A stretch of DNA of 44,858 bases from Gemmatimonadota bacterium. Its GTDB lineage: Bacteria > Gemmatimonadota > Gemmatimonadetes > Gemmatimonadales > GWC2-71-9. The first letter of the stretch is position 1. Each line of letters begins with the position of its first letter. Positions 1 to 8,937 of this stretch are shown piece by piece. A program made the position numbers and the translations under genes. The notes beneath the pieces were generated by a model that searched no databases, was not told where the DNA came from, and worked only from the letters and a program-made list of their open reading frames with translations. Location: contig JAGGAG010000002.1 in NCBI GenBank assembly GCA_017889745.1, positions 1-44,858 on the forward strand. Direction: 5' to 3'.

Positions 1-94
1 AGGGTGGGACAGGGCGTGACCGTCTCACGTTCATCTCACATTCACTTCACGACGATGCGGCTATCCACCCGGAGAATCGAGCGGGGAGGCGGCG

Positions 95-553
95 ATGGTG
101 AGGGACTGCATACTGGTTCTGGTCCTCACGGTCTGCGTGGCCGGTGCAGCGACGGCGCAGGCCGGCCCCGTTCACTACCGCAGCGGTCTTGTGACGTACG
201 TCCAGAAGGAAAGGGAGATCAGCCTGTCGCTGGTGCCGGGCGGCACCTTCGACGTCGATTCCGTCAGACACGGTCCGGGGGCCACCCTCGCCTATGCGCC
301 GGGGGGGGAGCGCGGAGCGACGCCGACCTTCTACCTCCACTTCTGGACCAGCGGAGGCAGCCCGTTCATCGGTGCACTCGAAGTACGTGGCGGACAGGGA
401 GGGAACGCCTATTTCGACGCTGCCGAGAGCAGGTGTACGCTGGTGATTACCCGGCTCGACGCTCAGGTGGTGGAAGGATCGGGCGCCTGCACGGGGCCGT
501 TCGAAGGGGGCGGAGCGCCGATCGCAACCTTTCGGTTCGCCGCACGGCAATAG
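95..553 (+). CDS. hypothetical secreted protein
   Basis: ATG at 95 preceded by GGGGAGG at 84-90. N-terminal signal peptide MVRDCILVLVLTVCVAGAATAQA. GC-rich third codon positions. No family recognised. Confidence 0.6.
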   Translation: MVRDCILVLVLTVCVAGAATAQAGPVHYRSGLVTYVQKEREISLSLVPGGTFDVDSVRHGPGATLAYAPGGERGATPTFYLHFWTSGGSPFIGALEVRGGQGGNAYFDAAESRCTLVITRLDAQVVEGSGACTGPFEGGGAPIATFRFAARQ

Positions 554-555
554 CC

Positions 556-580
556 GTGGCGGAGGAGATGCCTCCGCCAC
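556..580. terminator. perfect 10-bp hairpin between convergent genes, possibly a bidirectional terminator
   Basis: GTGGCGGAGG (556-565), loop agatg, CCTCCGCCAC (571-580). It lies between the stop at 553 (+) and the stop at 609 (-). No clear U-tract. Confidence 0.5.
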
Positions 581-608
581 GACCGGGAGGTGCCCAGCGG
601 AATCCCGC

Positions 609-1997
609 TTAGAATACGAGCCAGACGAACAGGAAGAGTGAGTTGTTGCCGGAGGCATTCCTACCCGATCCGTCGTAGTCGGTCGTGCCCCCGTTGAAGT
701 CGCCGTAGGCGGTGTACTGCAAGCCGACCCGCGTGTTCTCCCAGGGATTGAAGTCCAATTCAGCGATGAAGCCGGTGGTCTTCGGACTGCCGTTGGCACT
801 ACCGTCCACCGGATTGGCGGGGTAGAGCGCCGGGTCGGTGGATCCTGTGGTCTGGAAGTATCCCGCGGTCACTCCGAGCCACTGGATGGGATAGTAGCTG
901 ACATTGAACCGCACCGTTGACAGGCTGTTGCTTGCGGCGGTGGCTCCCCCGGAGGCAACCGCCGCATCAAGGGTCTGGTCTTCGTGGATCCAGCTGGTTC
1001 GCGCCACCACGTTTCCACGTCCGGCCTTGGTTTCGAACTGGGCATCGACTCCGATGTCGGTGAAGGCATTGGTGGGACCGGTGAGCGCGTCCGGATAGAC
1101 GCTCGCGTACATCCCGTATGTGCCGATCATCAGGTACTGCTTGCCCCAATCCTTCTGAAGCGCAAGGCGCCAGTAGGGGGCGACTCCACCGATCGCCCCG
1201 CTCGCGATGTCCGGAGCAGCCTGTCCCTGGATCGCCGAGCGATAGACCGAGAACTCAGCGTATACCAGTCCGCCAATCATCGTGTAGGCGCCGAGGCCGA
1301 GGACGTTCTGGGAAAAGGCGCCATCGATTACCGGGCTTGCCATTGGGGCCGGGGCGGCATCCGAGCCGATGAACGGATATCCCCACGCTGGCGTCGAGTT
1401 CCACAGATCCTGCACGGTCGGATTGTTGTTCAAGGTCAGGCCGTAGACGACTTGGGTGCTCCCGCTGGTGTGGTTGGCGTAGCGGAAGTCGAGGTTATCG
1501 ATGCCGACTGACGCTTCAGCGCCGGAATAGGTGAGCTGCGAGAAGAACCCAACCTTGGAGGTGATCTGGCCGGCCAGGAAGACACTGAGTTCCTGCGGCA
1601 GGGAGACAGCGTCGTTCTGGGTGTCGGGTACAGCGTCATTGAGGTTCGTCATCCCCGCCGTCGCCATGGCGGAGAGCAGAGAAAAAGGACTCAGGCTGAG
1701 CTTGCCGCCGTTGGTGCTGTCCTTCTCCGTGATCAGCGTCCTGTCAGTGAGCGTGTACCCGTTCAGCTTGAACTTCCGCCCGAATGGGGTCAGAGCCAGG
1801 AACTGGTAGTGGCAGGCGCTGCAGGCCAAGCCCGTCTGCCGAGCGTAGCTGGGGACGCGCGTCGCCTCGGCGGCGCGCCCCGAGGAGCGGGCAATAACGT
1901 AGGCACGAACCATGTCATCCAACGAATCGGCACGGGCGGGAAGCGGTACGCCAGCCAGCAGGAGGACAACAGCCAGCCAGCTTCGAGAGCGGGACAT
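609..1997 (-). CDS. outer-membrane beta-barrel protein with N-terminal monoheme c motif (Cyc2-like fused cytochrome-porin candidate)
   Basis: ORF 609..2027 trimmed to the ATG at 1997, which has GGAGG 6 nt upstream. Signal peptide MSRSRSWLAVVLLLAGVPLPARA. Single CSACH motif at residues 59-63 (nt 1809-1823), preceded by PSYARQTG. The remaining ~400 aa are Gly/Tyr/Thr/Asn/Ser-rich and barrel-like, ending ...LFLFVWLVF with the C-terminal Phe typical of OM barrels. Confidence 0.7.
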   Translation of the reverse strand: MSRSRSWLAVVLLLAGVPLPARADSLDDMVRAYVIARSSGRAAEATRVPSYARQTGLACSACHYQFLALTPFGRKFKLNGYTLTDRTLITEKDSTNGGKLSLSPFSLLSAMATAGMTNLNDAVPDTQNDAVSLPQELSVFLAGQITSKVGFFSQLTYSGAEASVGIDNLDFRYANHTSGSTQVVYGLTLNNNPTVQDLWNSTPAWGYPFIGSDAAPAPMASPVIDGAFSQNVLGLGAYTMIGGLVYAEFSVYRSAIQGQAAPDIASGAIGGVAPYWRLALQKDWGKQYLMIGTYGMYASVYPDALTGPTNAFTDIGVDAQFETKAGRGNVVARTSWIHEDQTLDAAVASGGATAASNSLSTVRFNVSYYPIQWLGVTAGYFQTTGSTDPALYPANPVDGSANGSPKTTGFIAELDFNPWENTRVGLQYTAYGDFNGGTTDYDGSGRNASGNNSLFLFVWLVF

Positions 1998-2175
1998 GGA
2001 CCACCTCCAAGGGTCATGGTGCCGCAATCCCGCTGCTCCGTCGTGATAATTTGGTGAAGGTGAAAGGAATAGAACTTCAGCTTGTCGGCGGTCCCTGCGG
2101 CCGCGATAGCGTCGCCTTTTTCACGGGACGCCGATACTGTTGACACTTGAACCTGCGAATCGGAGGCATCGTCGC

Positions 2176-2571
2176 ATGACAACCAGGGCGATCGGGCTCG
2201 TCGTTCTCCTCGTCCTGATGGCCCGTCCGGGTCACGCTCAGGGTGCCGACACCGCCGCCAAGGCCGGAGCGGCGCCCGACCCCGCCGTCCTGACGCCGGC
2301 GCTCATCGACCAAGGGCGGAAGATCTTTCACGGGCCGGGCAACTGCTCTGCCTGCCACGGCGACAAGCTCGAGGGTGGTCCGGTCGCTCCATCGCTGCGG
2401 GGTCCGACTTGGCGGCACATCGACGGCAGCTACGACGCAATCATCCACCGGGTCGACGAGGGCATGCCCGGAACGGCCATGGTGGCGCACCCCGGTGGCA
2501 TCAGCGAAACCCAGGTTCTCATGGCGGCCACGTACATCTACGCCGTGAGCCACGGACTGGCCAAGCCCTAG
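2176..2571 (+). CDS. periplasmic class I c-type cytochrome (monoheme)
   Basis: ATG at 2176 with GGAGG at 2162-2166. Signal peptide MTTRAIGLVVLLVLMARPGHAQG. CSACH heme motif in GNCSACHGDKLEGG. A downstream Met-containing segment (EGMPGTAMVAH) could supply the axial ligand. Confidence 0.85.
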   Translation: MTTRAIGLVVLLVLMARPGHAQGADTAAKAGAAPDPAVLTPALIDQGRKIFHGPGNCSACHGDKLEGGPVAPSLRGPTWRHIDGSYDAIIHRVDEGMPGTAMVAHPGGISETQVLMAATYIYAVSHGLAKP

Positions 2572-2999
2572 GCCGCCGCCCCCCGCCCGTAGTACCACCC
2601 TACAACCCCGCCGTACACGAGGTGGCCCGCCAAGCTCCCCAAAACACGGGCGGGGTCCCCGCTCGAAAAAAATCCCGCGCCCACCAGCGGCATGACGACG
2701 AGTTGTGCGCCCAAGAAGACGAGCGCGCCGTACAGCGCTCCCCGCACGGCGGGCGCCCCGGGTAGCCTGTTCGCCACCGCCGCCGCGTAAAACAACGCCA
2801 GCGCGATGCCCACCGTGAAGTGGACGACCCATCCCCCGACGAACCCCACGGGGACGTGGGCCACCGTCGCCGACATGACGGTACTCAGTATCCCGCCCTC
2901 CGCCATCCGTGGAAGGCCGAGCAGCGGCTCGAGGAAGAAGAGTATCGTCATCGCCACGGTGCCGATCACGCCGGCTGCTGCCGCGCGTCTGGCGTTCAT
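2568..2999 (-). CDS. small integral membrane protein, about 4 TM segments, unknown function
   Basis: ORF 2568..3131 trimmed to MNARRAAAAGVIGTVAMTILFF (cat at 2997-2999). Four hydrophobic segments. Its stop overlaps the cytochrome c stop (convergent). Confidence 0.6.
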   Translation of the reverse strand: MNARRAAAAGVIGTVAMTILFFLEPLLGLPRMAEGGILSTVMSATVAHVPVGFVGGWVVHFTVGIALALFYAAAVANRLPGAPAVRGALYGALVFLGAQLVVMPLVGAGFFSSGDPARVLGSLAGHLVYGGVVGWYYGRGAAA

Positions 3000-3160
3000 G
3001 GGATCTCCCGGCGTCAGAGGACGGTCTCGCAAATTACGCAGCGACCAAGATCGAGGGTTCTGCCTCGGCGACTTGTAGTTCTGGGATGGAGGGAGGAACT
3101 CTCTTCGCCAGCCAACGCACGCAACATTCACCCCGCAGGAGTGAGGGTCAAGACAAGAAC

Positions 3161-5995
3161 TCAGGACTTCGCGTCCAGCCAGTTATCACCAGCCCCGACG
3201 TCGGCAACCAGGGGCACCCGCAGCGGCATCACCGATTCCATCTCCAGCTTCACCAATGCCTCCATTACCTCCACCTCGGCCAGCGGCACCTCGAACACCA
3301 GTTCGTCATGTACCTGCAGCAGCATCCGGCTCGAGAGCCGGCGCTCCGCGAGCCGGGTGTGGATCCGGATCATGGCGAGCTTGATGAGGTCGGCGGCCGA
3401 TCCCTGGAGCGGCGAGTTCTGCGCATTGCGCTCGCCGTAGCTCCGCAGGTTGAAGTTCTTCTCGCGCACCTCGGGGATGTAGCGGCGCCGGCCGAGCAGC
3501 GTCTCCACGTAGCCCTGCTCACGGGCCAACTCGACCTGCCGGTCGAGGAAAGTGCGCACGCCGGAGAAACGCTCGAAGTACTGCGCGATGAACTGCTTCG
3601 CCTCGTCCTGCGTGATGCCCAGCTGCTTGCTCAGCGCAAACGGCCCCTGCCCATAGATCGTCGCGAAGTTGATCGTCTTGGCGCGCGCGCGCTGCTCGCC
3701 GCTCACCATCCCGACCGGCACGTTGAAGATCAGCGCGGCCGTCTGCCGGTGGATGTCGCCACCCTGCTGGAACGCCTCGATGAACCCCGGGTCGCCCGAA
3801 AGGTGCGCCATGATGCGCAACTCGATCTGGCTGTAGTCTGCCACCACGAAGCGATTGCCTTGCGCGGGCACGAAGCCGCGCCGGATGGCCTCACCCCGCG
3901 CGGACCGCACGGGGATGTTCTGCAGGTTGGGATCCGACGACGAGAGCCGGCCGGTCGCGGCGCCGGTCTGGTTGAAGCTGGTGTGAATCCGTCCCGTGAG
4001 CGGGTTCACCTCGAGCGGCAGCGTATCGATGTAGGTGGACTTGAGCTTCTGCAGTTCCCGGTAGCTCAGGATGAGTCGCGGCAGGGCGTGCCCCATGTCG
4101 GCCAGCTGCTCCAGCACGTCCGCATCGGTGGAAGGACCGGTCTTGGTCTTCTTGAGCACCGGCAGCTGGTGCTTGTCGAACAGCACCGTCGCGAGCTGCC
4201 TTGGCGAGTTGAGGTTGAGGCTCTCACCCGCCACCTGGGCGATGTCCACCTGGAGCTGCTCCAGGTCGCGCGCCAGCTCATTGGAGAGCCGCTTGAAGAG
4301 CGCCAGGTCGATCTGCACGCCCGCCCATTCCATGTCCACCAGCACCGGCACCAGCGGCATCTCCACGTTCTCGAGCACGCCGCCCATCGGCGTGCCGGCG
4401 AGCGCCGGCGCGAACGCCGCGTGAAGCGCCAGCACCGTCGCGCTGTCGTTGCCGCAGTACGCGGCGGCGGCGGCCACCGGGATCTCGGCGAACGCGATCT
4501 CTCCCTTGCCGCGCCCCGCGACGTCGCCATAAGTCTGCATCGCGCGACCGAGGTATTCGAGCGAGAGCACGTCGATGCCGTAGGAGCGGCGGCCGGAGTC
4601 GAGCAGGAACCCGGCAACCATGGAGTCCCAGGCAACGCCCGCGAGTTCGACGCCCGCGCCGCGCAGCACCTGCCAGTCGTACTTCACGTGATGGCCCGCC
4701 TTCAGCACCGCGGGATCGGTGAGCAGCGCCACCAGCGGCAGGCACGCGGGGTCGGACAGCGGCGGAAGGTTCTTCACCGGGGCGGGTGCGGCGAGTTCGC
4801 CTCCCTGCGGGCGGTGCCCGAAGGGGAAGTACCATACGTCGGTCGGGCTCGCCGCCAGCGACAGGCCGATCAGTTCCGCGCCGCGCGGGGAGCGAGAGTC
4901 GGTCTCGGTGTCGAGCGCTACGAGCGGCGCCTCGCGGAGCCGCGCCACGATGACGGGCAGGAGGCCCGGATCGTCGATCACCGGCACCACAGGGGCCGCC
5001 GACGCCGCCACCGCGGCGGCGGGCGCTGGCGCGGCCGTGGTCTCCGCGGGCGGCGAGGCGGCAGCCACGAGCGCGCCTTCCGCCGGGGTGCTCTCCGGGC
5101 CCACGAGCTTCTTCACCAGGGTGAAGAACTCGAGGTCCGTCAGCAGCCGCGTCAGCGCCGCCTGGTCGGTGGGCCGGGGACGCAGCTCCTGCACCCCGAC
5201 GCTCACCGGAACGTCGAGGTGGATCGACACCAGCTCGCGGGAGAGCCTCGCGTTGTCGGCGTTCGCGAGCAGCGCCTCGCGCGCGCGCTTCGGCTCCACC
5301 CTCTCCGCATTCGCCAGGATCGCGTCGAGGCTGCCGTACTCGGCGAGGAGCTTCTGCGCCCCCTTCTCGCCGATGCCCTTGACCCCCGGAATGTTGTCGG
5401 AGCTGTCGCCCACCAGCGCCAGGAAGTCGATCACCTGCCCCGGCGGAACCCCGAGCCGCTCGCTCGCGTTGGACTCGTCCACCCATAGCTCTTCCACCGC
5501 CGCCGGCCCGCCCCGGCCGGGATTGAGCAGCACCACGCCCGGCCCGATCAGCTGGTAGAAGTCCTTGTCGCCGGACACGATCACCGCCTGCATCCCCGCC
5601 GCCGCTGCACGTGTCGCCAGCGTCCCGATCACGTCGTCGGCCTCGTACCCCGCCACCTCGACCAGCGGCACCCCGAGGGCATGCAACAGCAGGTCGATGC
5701 GCTCGCACGCGCGGTCGAAGTCGGCCTGCAGCTCGGCGTCGAGCTTCTGCCGGGTGGACTTGTAGGCGGGGAATTTCGCCGTGCGGAAGGAGTCGCCCGC
5801 GTCGTTGATCCACGCGAGGTAGTCGGGCTTGTGCTTCTCCCTGAGCCGGAGCAGGAAATTCACCACGCCCCACGCCGCCGAGGTGTTCTCTCCCTGCGCG
5901 GTGCGGAGCGGGCGCGAAATGAGTGCGAAGAACGCGCGATAGATCAGCGCGTACCCGTCGATCAGGAAGAGTCGCGGGGTGGCGGGCTCCATCAC
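3161..5995 (-). CDS. polA: DNA polymerase I
   Basis: 944 aa. 5'-3' exonuclease N-terminus (LIDGYALIYRAFFA). Pol domain motifs DYSQIELRIMAHLSGD and QVHDELVFE. The start is GTG at 5995 or the adjacent ATG at 5992. Confidence 0.97.
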   Translation of the reverse strand: MMEPATPRLFLIDGYALIYRAFFALISRPLRTAQGENTSAAWGVVNFLLRLREKHKPDYLAWINDAGDSFRTAKFPAYKSTRQKLDAELQADFDRACERIDLLLHALGVPLVEVAGYEADDVIGTLATRAAAAGMQAVIVSGDKDFYQLIGPGVVLLNPGRGGPAAVEELWVDESNASERLGVPPGQVIDFLALVGDSSDNIPGVKGIGEKGAQKLLAEYGSLDAILANAERVEPKRAREALLANADNARLSRELVSIHLDVPVSVGVQELRPRPTDQAALTRLLTDLEFFTLVKKLVGPESTPAEGALVAAASPPAETTAAPAPAAAVAASAAPVVPVIDDPGLLPVIVARLREAPLVALDTETDSRSPRGAELIGLSLAASPTDVWYFPFGHRPQGGELAAPAPVKNLPPLSDPACLPLVALLTDPAVLKAGHHVKYDWQVLRGAGVELAGVAWDSMVAGFLLDSGRRSYGIDVLSLEYLGRAMQTYGDVAGRGKGEIAFAEIPVAAAAAYCGNDSATVLALHAAFAPALAGTPMGGVLENVEMPLVPVLVDMEWAGVQIDLALFKRLSNELARDLEQLQVDIAQVAGESLNLNSPRQLATVLFDKHQLPVLKKTKTGPSTDADVLEQLADMGHALPRLILSYRELQKLKSTYIDTLPLEVNPLTGRIHTSFNQTGAATGRLSSSDPNLQNIPVRSARGEAIRRGFVPAQGNRFVVADYSQIELRIMAHLSGDPGFIEAFQQGGDIHRQTAALIFNVPVGMVSGEQRARAKTINFATIYGQGPFALSKQLGITQDEAKQFIAQYFERFSGVRTFLDRQVELAREQGYVETLLGRRRYIPEVREKNFNLRSYGERNAQNSPLQGSAADLIKLAMIRIHTRLAERRLSSRMLLQVHDELVFEVPLAEVEVMEALVKLEMESVMPLRVPLVADVGAGDNWLDAKS

Positions 5996-7329
5996 CGTCC
6001 GAGCCGTGACGCCACGCGCTCGAACTCCGAGCGGGATTCCGGGGTCAGGCGATATCGGTTGAACCCCGAGTCGTCCCGGAAGTAGAGCGTGAGCCGCACG
6101 CTCTGGTAGGTCCAGCGGATCACGCGCGTCTGCGTCAACCCGTTGGTGTCGAACACGTTATCCGGCTCGCCCAGGCGGATGTAGACCTCGCCGCGCTCCG
6201 TGCGCCAGCCCGGCACGCCCTCGTCCGTGAATTGTTGCGCCGCCACCGCCACCCGGCCGAAATAGGCGTTGAGTGCCTCGTTCTCGGGCGTCCCTGGATT
6301 CGGGTCCGTCTCCTTCCAGAACGTGAGCCACGCCGCCGGCCGCTGGTCCGGCTCCGCATGCTTGAGCCGGTCCACCTCCTCCGAGTGACCGAACCACTTC
6401 AGCATGCTGATCATCTCGTCGAAGTTCGTCACCAGCCATGCCGCCGAGAACGACACGACCGCCGAGACGCCCTTCTGGTCGGGGCCGCTCCCCACCACCA
6501 GCCGCAACTCGCCCAGCGCCATGCTGTCGGGCCGGAGCTTGATGAACTGGCTCTCGACCGGCAGCCCGCCGCGGAAGATGAGGGAGTCGCTGTACACCAG
6601 GCTGTCGGTGGCGGTACGCACCTCGAAGGGCACGGCGGTGCGGCCGGCATAGCCGTAGCCCTCGAGGTAGGCCAGCAGCGTGTCCCCGCCGAACGCCACC
6701 GCGCCGCGCGGGTTGAGCACGATCCGGAGGGACTGCTCCAGCCGCTCGCGACCCGTCACCTGATAGGCAAGGATCGGGGCCGAGGTCGTTGCCGTCCCCA
6801 GCGGCGACACGACCAGCGGGAGGTCGGCCTTGTTCACCGTGCCCGATTGCAGGTCGCGAATGGTTACCGTCAGCCCGTACGTGCCGGGCAGCAGCCGGAA
6901 GAACTTCTGGAACAGCACGCTTTCATCGGAGCGCCCGGTTTCCTGGAAGGTGTCCACCCGCACCGTTTCTTCCTGTCCGCCACTCACCGCGCGGCCGGTC
7001 GACGGCTGGAACACCGCGTCGACCCGGTAACGCGCGACGTACGCGTTGTTGTCCTTCTGGAACGAGAGCGCGCGGTTCTCGAGCGAGAGCCCGAGGATCA
7101 CGAGCACGGTGTCGCCCGCGCCCTTTACCTGGGCCACCGACCCGGTAAACGGCAGCGGCTCACCCGCCGAGAGGCGGCCCAGCTTCTGGAAGAGCACCTG
7201 CTGGTTGAGCAGCGCCGTGAACCCCTCGCTCGGCGCCTTGGCGTCCTCGGTACCCACGCGCTTCCACCCCCCGCATGCCGCGAGGACGCTCAGGGACACC
7301 GCGGTCACCAGCCCTCTGTACCGTTGCAT
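5992..7329 (-). CDS. GWxTD domain-containing lipoprotein
   Basis: ORF trimmed to MQRYRGLVTAVSLSVLAACGG (lipobox-like). C-terminal GWRTERGEVYIRLGEPD matches the GWxTD signature. Its stop overlaps the polA start. Confidence 0.75.
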   Translation of the reverse strand: MQRYRGLVTAVSLSVLAACGGWKRVGTEDAKAPSEGFTALLNQQVLFQKLGRLSAGEPLPFTGSVAQVKGAGDTVLVILGLSLENRALSFQKDNNAYVARYRVDAVFQPSTGRAVSGGQEETVRVDTFQETGRSDESVLFQKFFRLLPGTYGLTVTIRDLQSGTVNKADLPLVVSPLGTATTSAPILAYQVTGRERLEQSLRIVLNPRGAVAFGGDTLLAYLEGYGYAGRTAVPFEVRTATDSLVYSDSLIFRGGLPVESQFIKLRPDSMALGELRLVVGSGPDQKGVSAVVSFSAAWLVTNFDEMISMLKWFGHSEEVDRLKHAEPDQRPAAWLTFWKETDPNPGTPENEALNAYFGRVAVAAQQFTDEGVPGWRTERGEVYIRLGEPDNVFDTNGLTQTRVIRWTYQSVRLTLYFRDDSGFNRYRLTPESRSEFERVASRLGR

Positions 7330-7458
7330 GCGACTCCTCGGGGGCGACCCAATCCCGCTGGACGGGCCATCGCGCGTCATGATCCGGGACCCTGACCTGC
7401 GTCAGGGAACTCCGGGAAAGCTTGCTGGCTCGGCGAGGGCGCGCTAGCTTCGCCGTCC

Positions 7459-8349
7459 ATGACCTCCGACAGCCTGCAGGGGCGCACCATCAACGGATAT
7501 CGCCTCCTCAAGCAGATGGGCGAGGGAGGCACCGCACTCGTGTACCGCGCCGAGCATCCCGACCGCGGGACGACGGCCGTCAAGGTACTCCGACATCGCC
7601 TCGCCGAGGACCCCGTGGCCGTGAAGCGCTTCCTGAGCGAGGCGGATCTCGGCAAGCGGGTCAGCCACCCCAACATCGTCAAGACCTACGATTACGGGCA
7701 GGCCGAAGGCCTGTATTACCTGGCGCTCGAGTGGGTTGAAGGCGAGCCCCTGGCCAACTTCGCCACGCGATCAGGCCCGCTCGCCCCCACCGTCGTCGCC
7801 ACCATCGTGGAGCAGATCGGCGGGGCCCTGGCCGCGGCGCACAAGGGGCGCATCATTCACCGCGACCTCAAGCCGGCGAACATCATGTTCGACCCGGCCA
7901 CCCAGCGTGCCACCCTGCTCGACTTCGGCATCGCGCGCGACACCGAGAGTAATCCTGACGAGCGGCTCACCCGTGCGGGTTTCTTCGTGGGGACCCTCCA
8001 GTACGTCGCCCCGGAGACGCTGAGCGGCGCCCTGGTGAACGAGCAGGCCGACGTCTACAGCCTCGCCACCATTGCGTACTACCTGCTGACCGGTGAGCAC
8101 CCCTTCAATGGCAAGAACCCCCGGGAGCTCTTCCAGCAGCTCCTGACCCAGAACCCGGTTCCCCTCAGCCAGGCGACCAAGGGTCTCAAGTTCCCGCCGG
8201 CCGTCGAGGCCGCCGTCATGCAGGGGCTGATGCGGGACCTGTCGCAGCGCACCAAGACGGTGGACGAATTCGCCGCCGCGTTCTGCACCGCCGTGCGGTC
8301 TACCGAAGACCCCAAGGGCGGCTTCCTGAAGAAGCTCTTCGGGCGATGA
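7459..8349 (+). CDS. Hanks-type Ser/Thr protein kinase, soluble, kinase domain only
   Basis: GEGGTALVY glycine loop, AVK lysine, HRDLKPANIM catalytic loop, DFGIARD, APE. 296 aa with no TM segment. Confidence 0.9.
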   Translation: MTSDSLQGRTINGYRLLKQMGEGGTALVYRAEHPDRGTTAVKVLRHRLAEDPVAVKRFLSEADLGKRVSHPNIVKTYDYGQAEGLYYLALEWVEGEPLANFATRSGPLAPTVVATIVEQIGGALAAAHKGRIIHRDLKPANIMFDPATQRATLLDFGIARDTESNPDERLTRAGFFVGTLQYVAPETLSGALVNEQADVYSLATIAYYLLTGEHPFNGKNPRELFQQLLTQNPVPLSQATKGLKFPPAVEAAVMQGLMRDLSQRTKTVDEFAAAFCTAVRSTEDPKGGFLKKLFGR

Positions 8350-8900
8350 GCGACCAGGCGGCACTGGAGCGGCTCCTCAAGGAGCGCTCGGTGCGGTTTG
8401 GGGACTTCCTCCTCGCCTCGGGGCAGCGCTCCAGCTACTACATCGATTGCCGCCTTACGACCATGTCCGCCCAGGGCATGGTGCTCATCGGCCGGCTCGG
8501 CTTGCGCGCCATCCGGGAGGCGGGCTGGGCCCCCGACGCCATCGGAGGGCTCACCATGGGGGCTGACCCGGTGGCCTACGCCGTGGCCGCCGCCAGCGCG
8601 GCCGCACCGCCGGTCATCGACGCCTTCAGCGTACGCAAGGAAGCCAAGGTGCACGGCACGGGGCGCTCGATCGAGGGCAACTTCCGCGAGGGCGCCAGGG
8701 TCGTGGTGGTGGAAGACGTGATCACGTCGGGCGGCTCAGCGGAGAAGGCCATCAACGCCATTCGTGAGGCCGGTGGAACGGTGCTTGGCGTGCTGGCGGT
8801 GGTAGACCGGCAGCAGGGCGGTCTGGCGCACCTTCAGCGTGCAGGACATGAGGTTGTAGTCCTGACTACCACTAGCGGCCTCGGCATCCCAGCCGCCTGA
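8346..8900 (+). CDS. pyrE: orotate phosphoribosyltransferase
   Basis: 184 aa. N-terminus VRFGDFLLASGQRSSYYIDC. PRPP-binding loop VVVVEDVITSGGS. ATGA overlap with the kinase stop. Confidence 0.9.
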   Translation: MSDQAALERLLKERSVRFGDFLLASGQRSSYYIDCRLTTMSAQGMVLIGRLGLRAIREAGWAPDAIGGLTMGADPVAYAVAAASAAAPPVIDAFSVRKEAKVHGTGRSIEGNFREGARVVVVEDVITSGGSAEKAINAIREAGGTVLGVLAVVDRQQGGLAHLQRAGHEVVVLTTTSGLGIPAA

Positions 8901-8937
8901 CTAGCGCGCCGACTCACCGGCCACGGCCTGACCACGC

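Noticed and set aside
4-799. ORFs 4..612 (+) and 47..799 (-) at the window edge
   Set aside because: They have shadow composition and conflict with the signal-peptide ORF 95..553 and with the C-terminal barrel strands of 609..1997.
2055-2069. Direct repeat GGTGAA GGTGAA AGG in the cyc2-like / cytochrome c divergent spacer, superficially similar to the heptad elements
   Set aside because: It has 6-nt rather than 7-nt periodicity, only two units and no inverted arm. It may be a regulator site, but the evidence is insufficient.
2909-5488. 859-aa ORF on the + strand
   Set aside because: It is antisense to polA, whose translation has unmistakable Pol I motifs. The + strand product is Arg/His/Gly/Leu-rich and low-complexity, typical of shadow ORFs in high-GC DNA.
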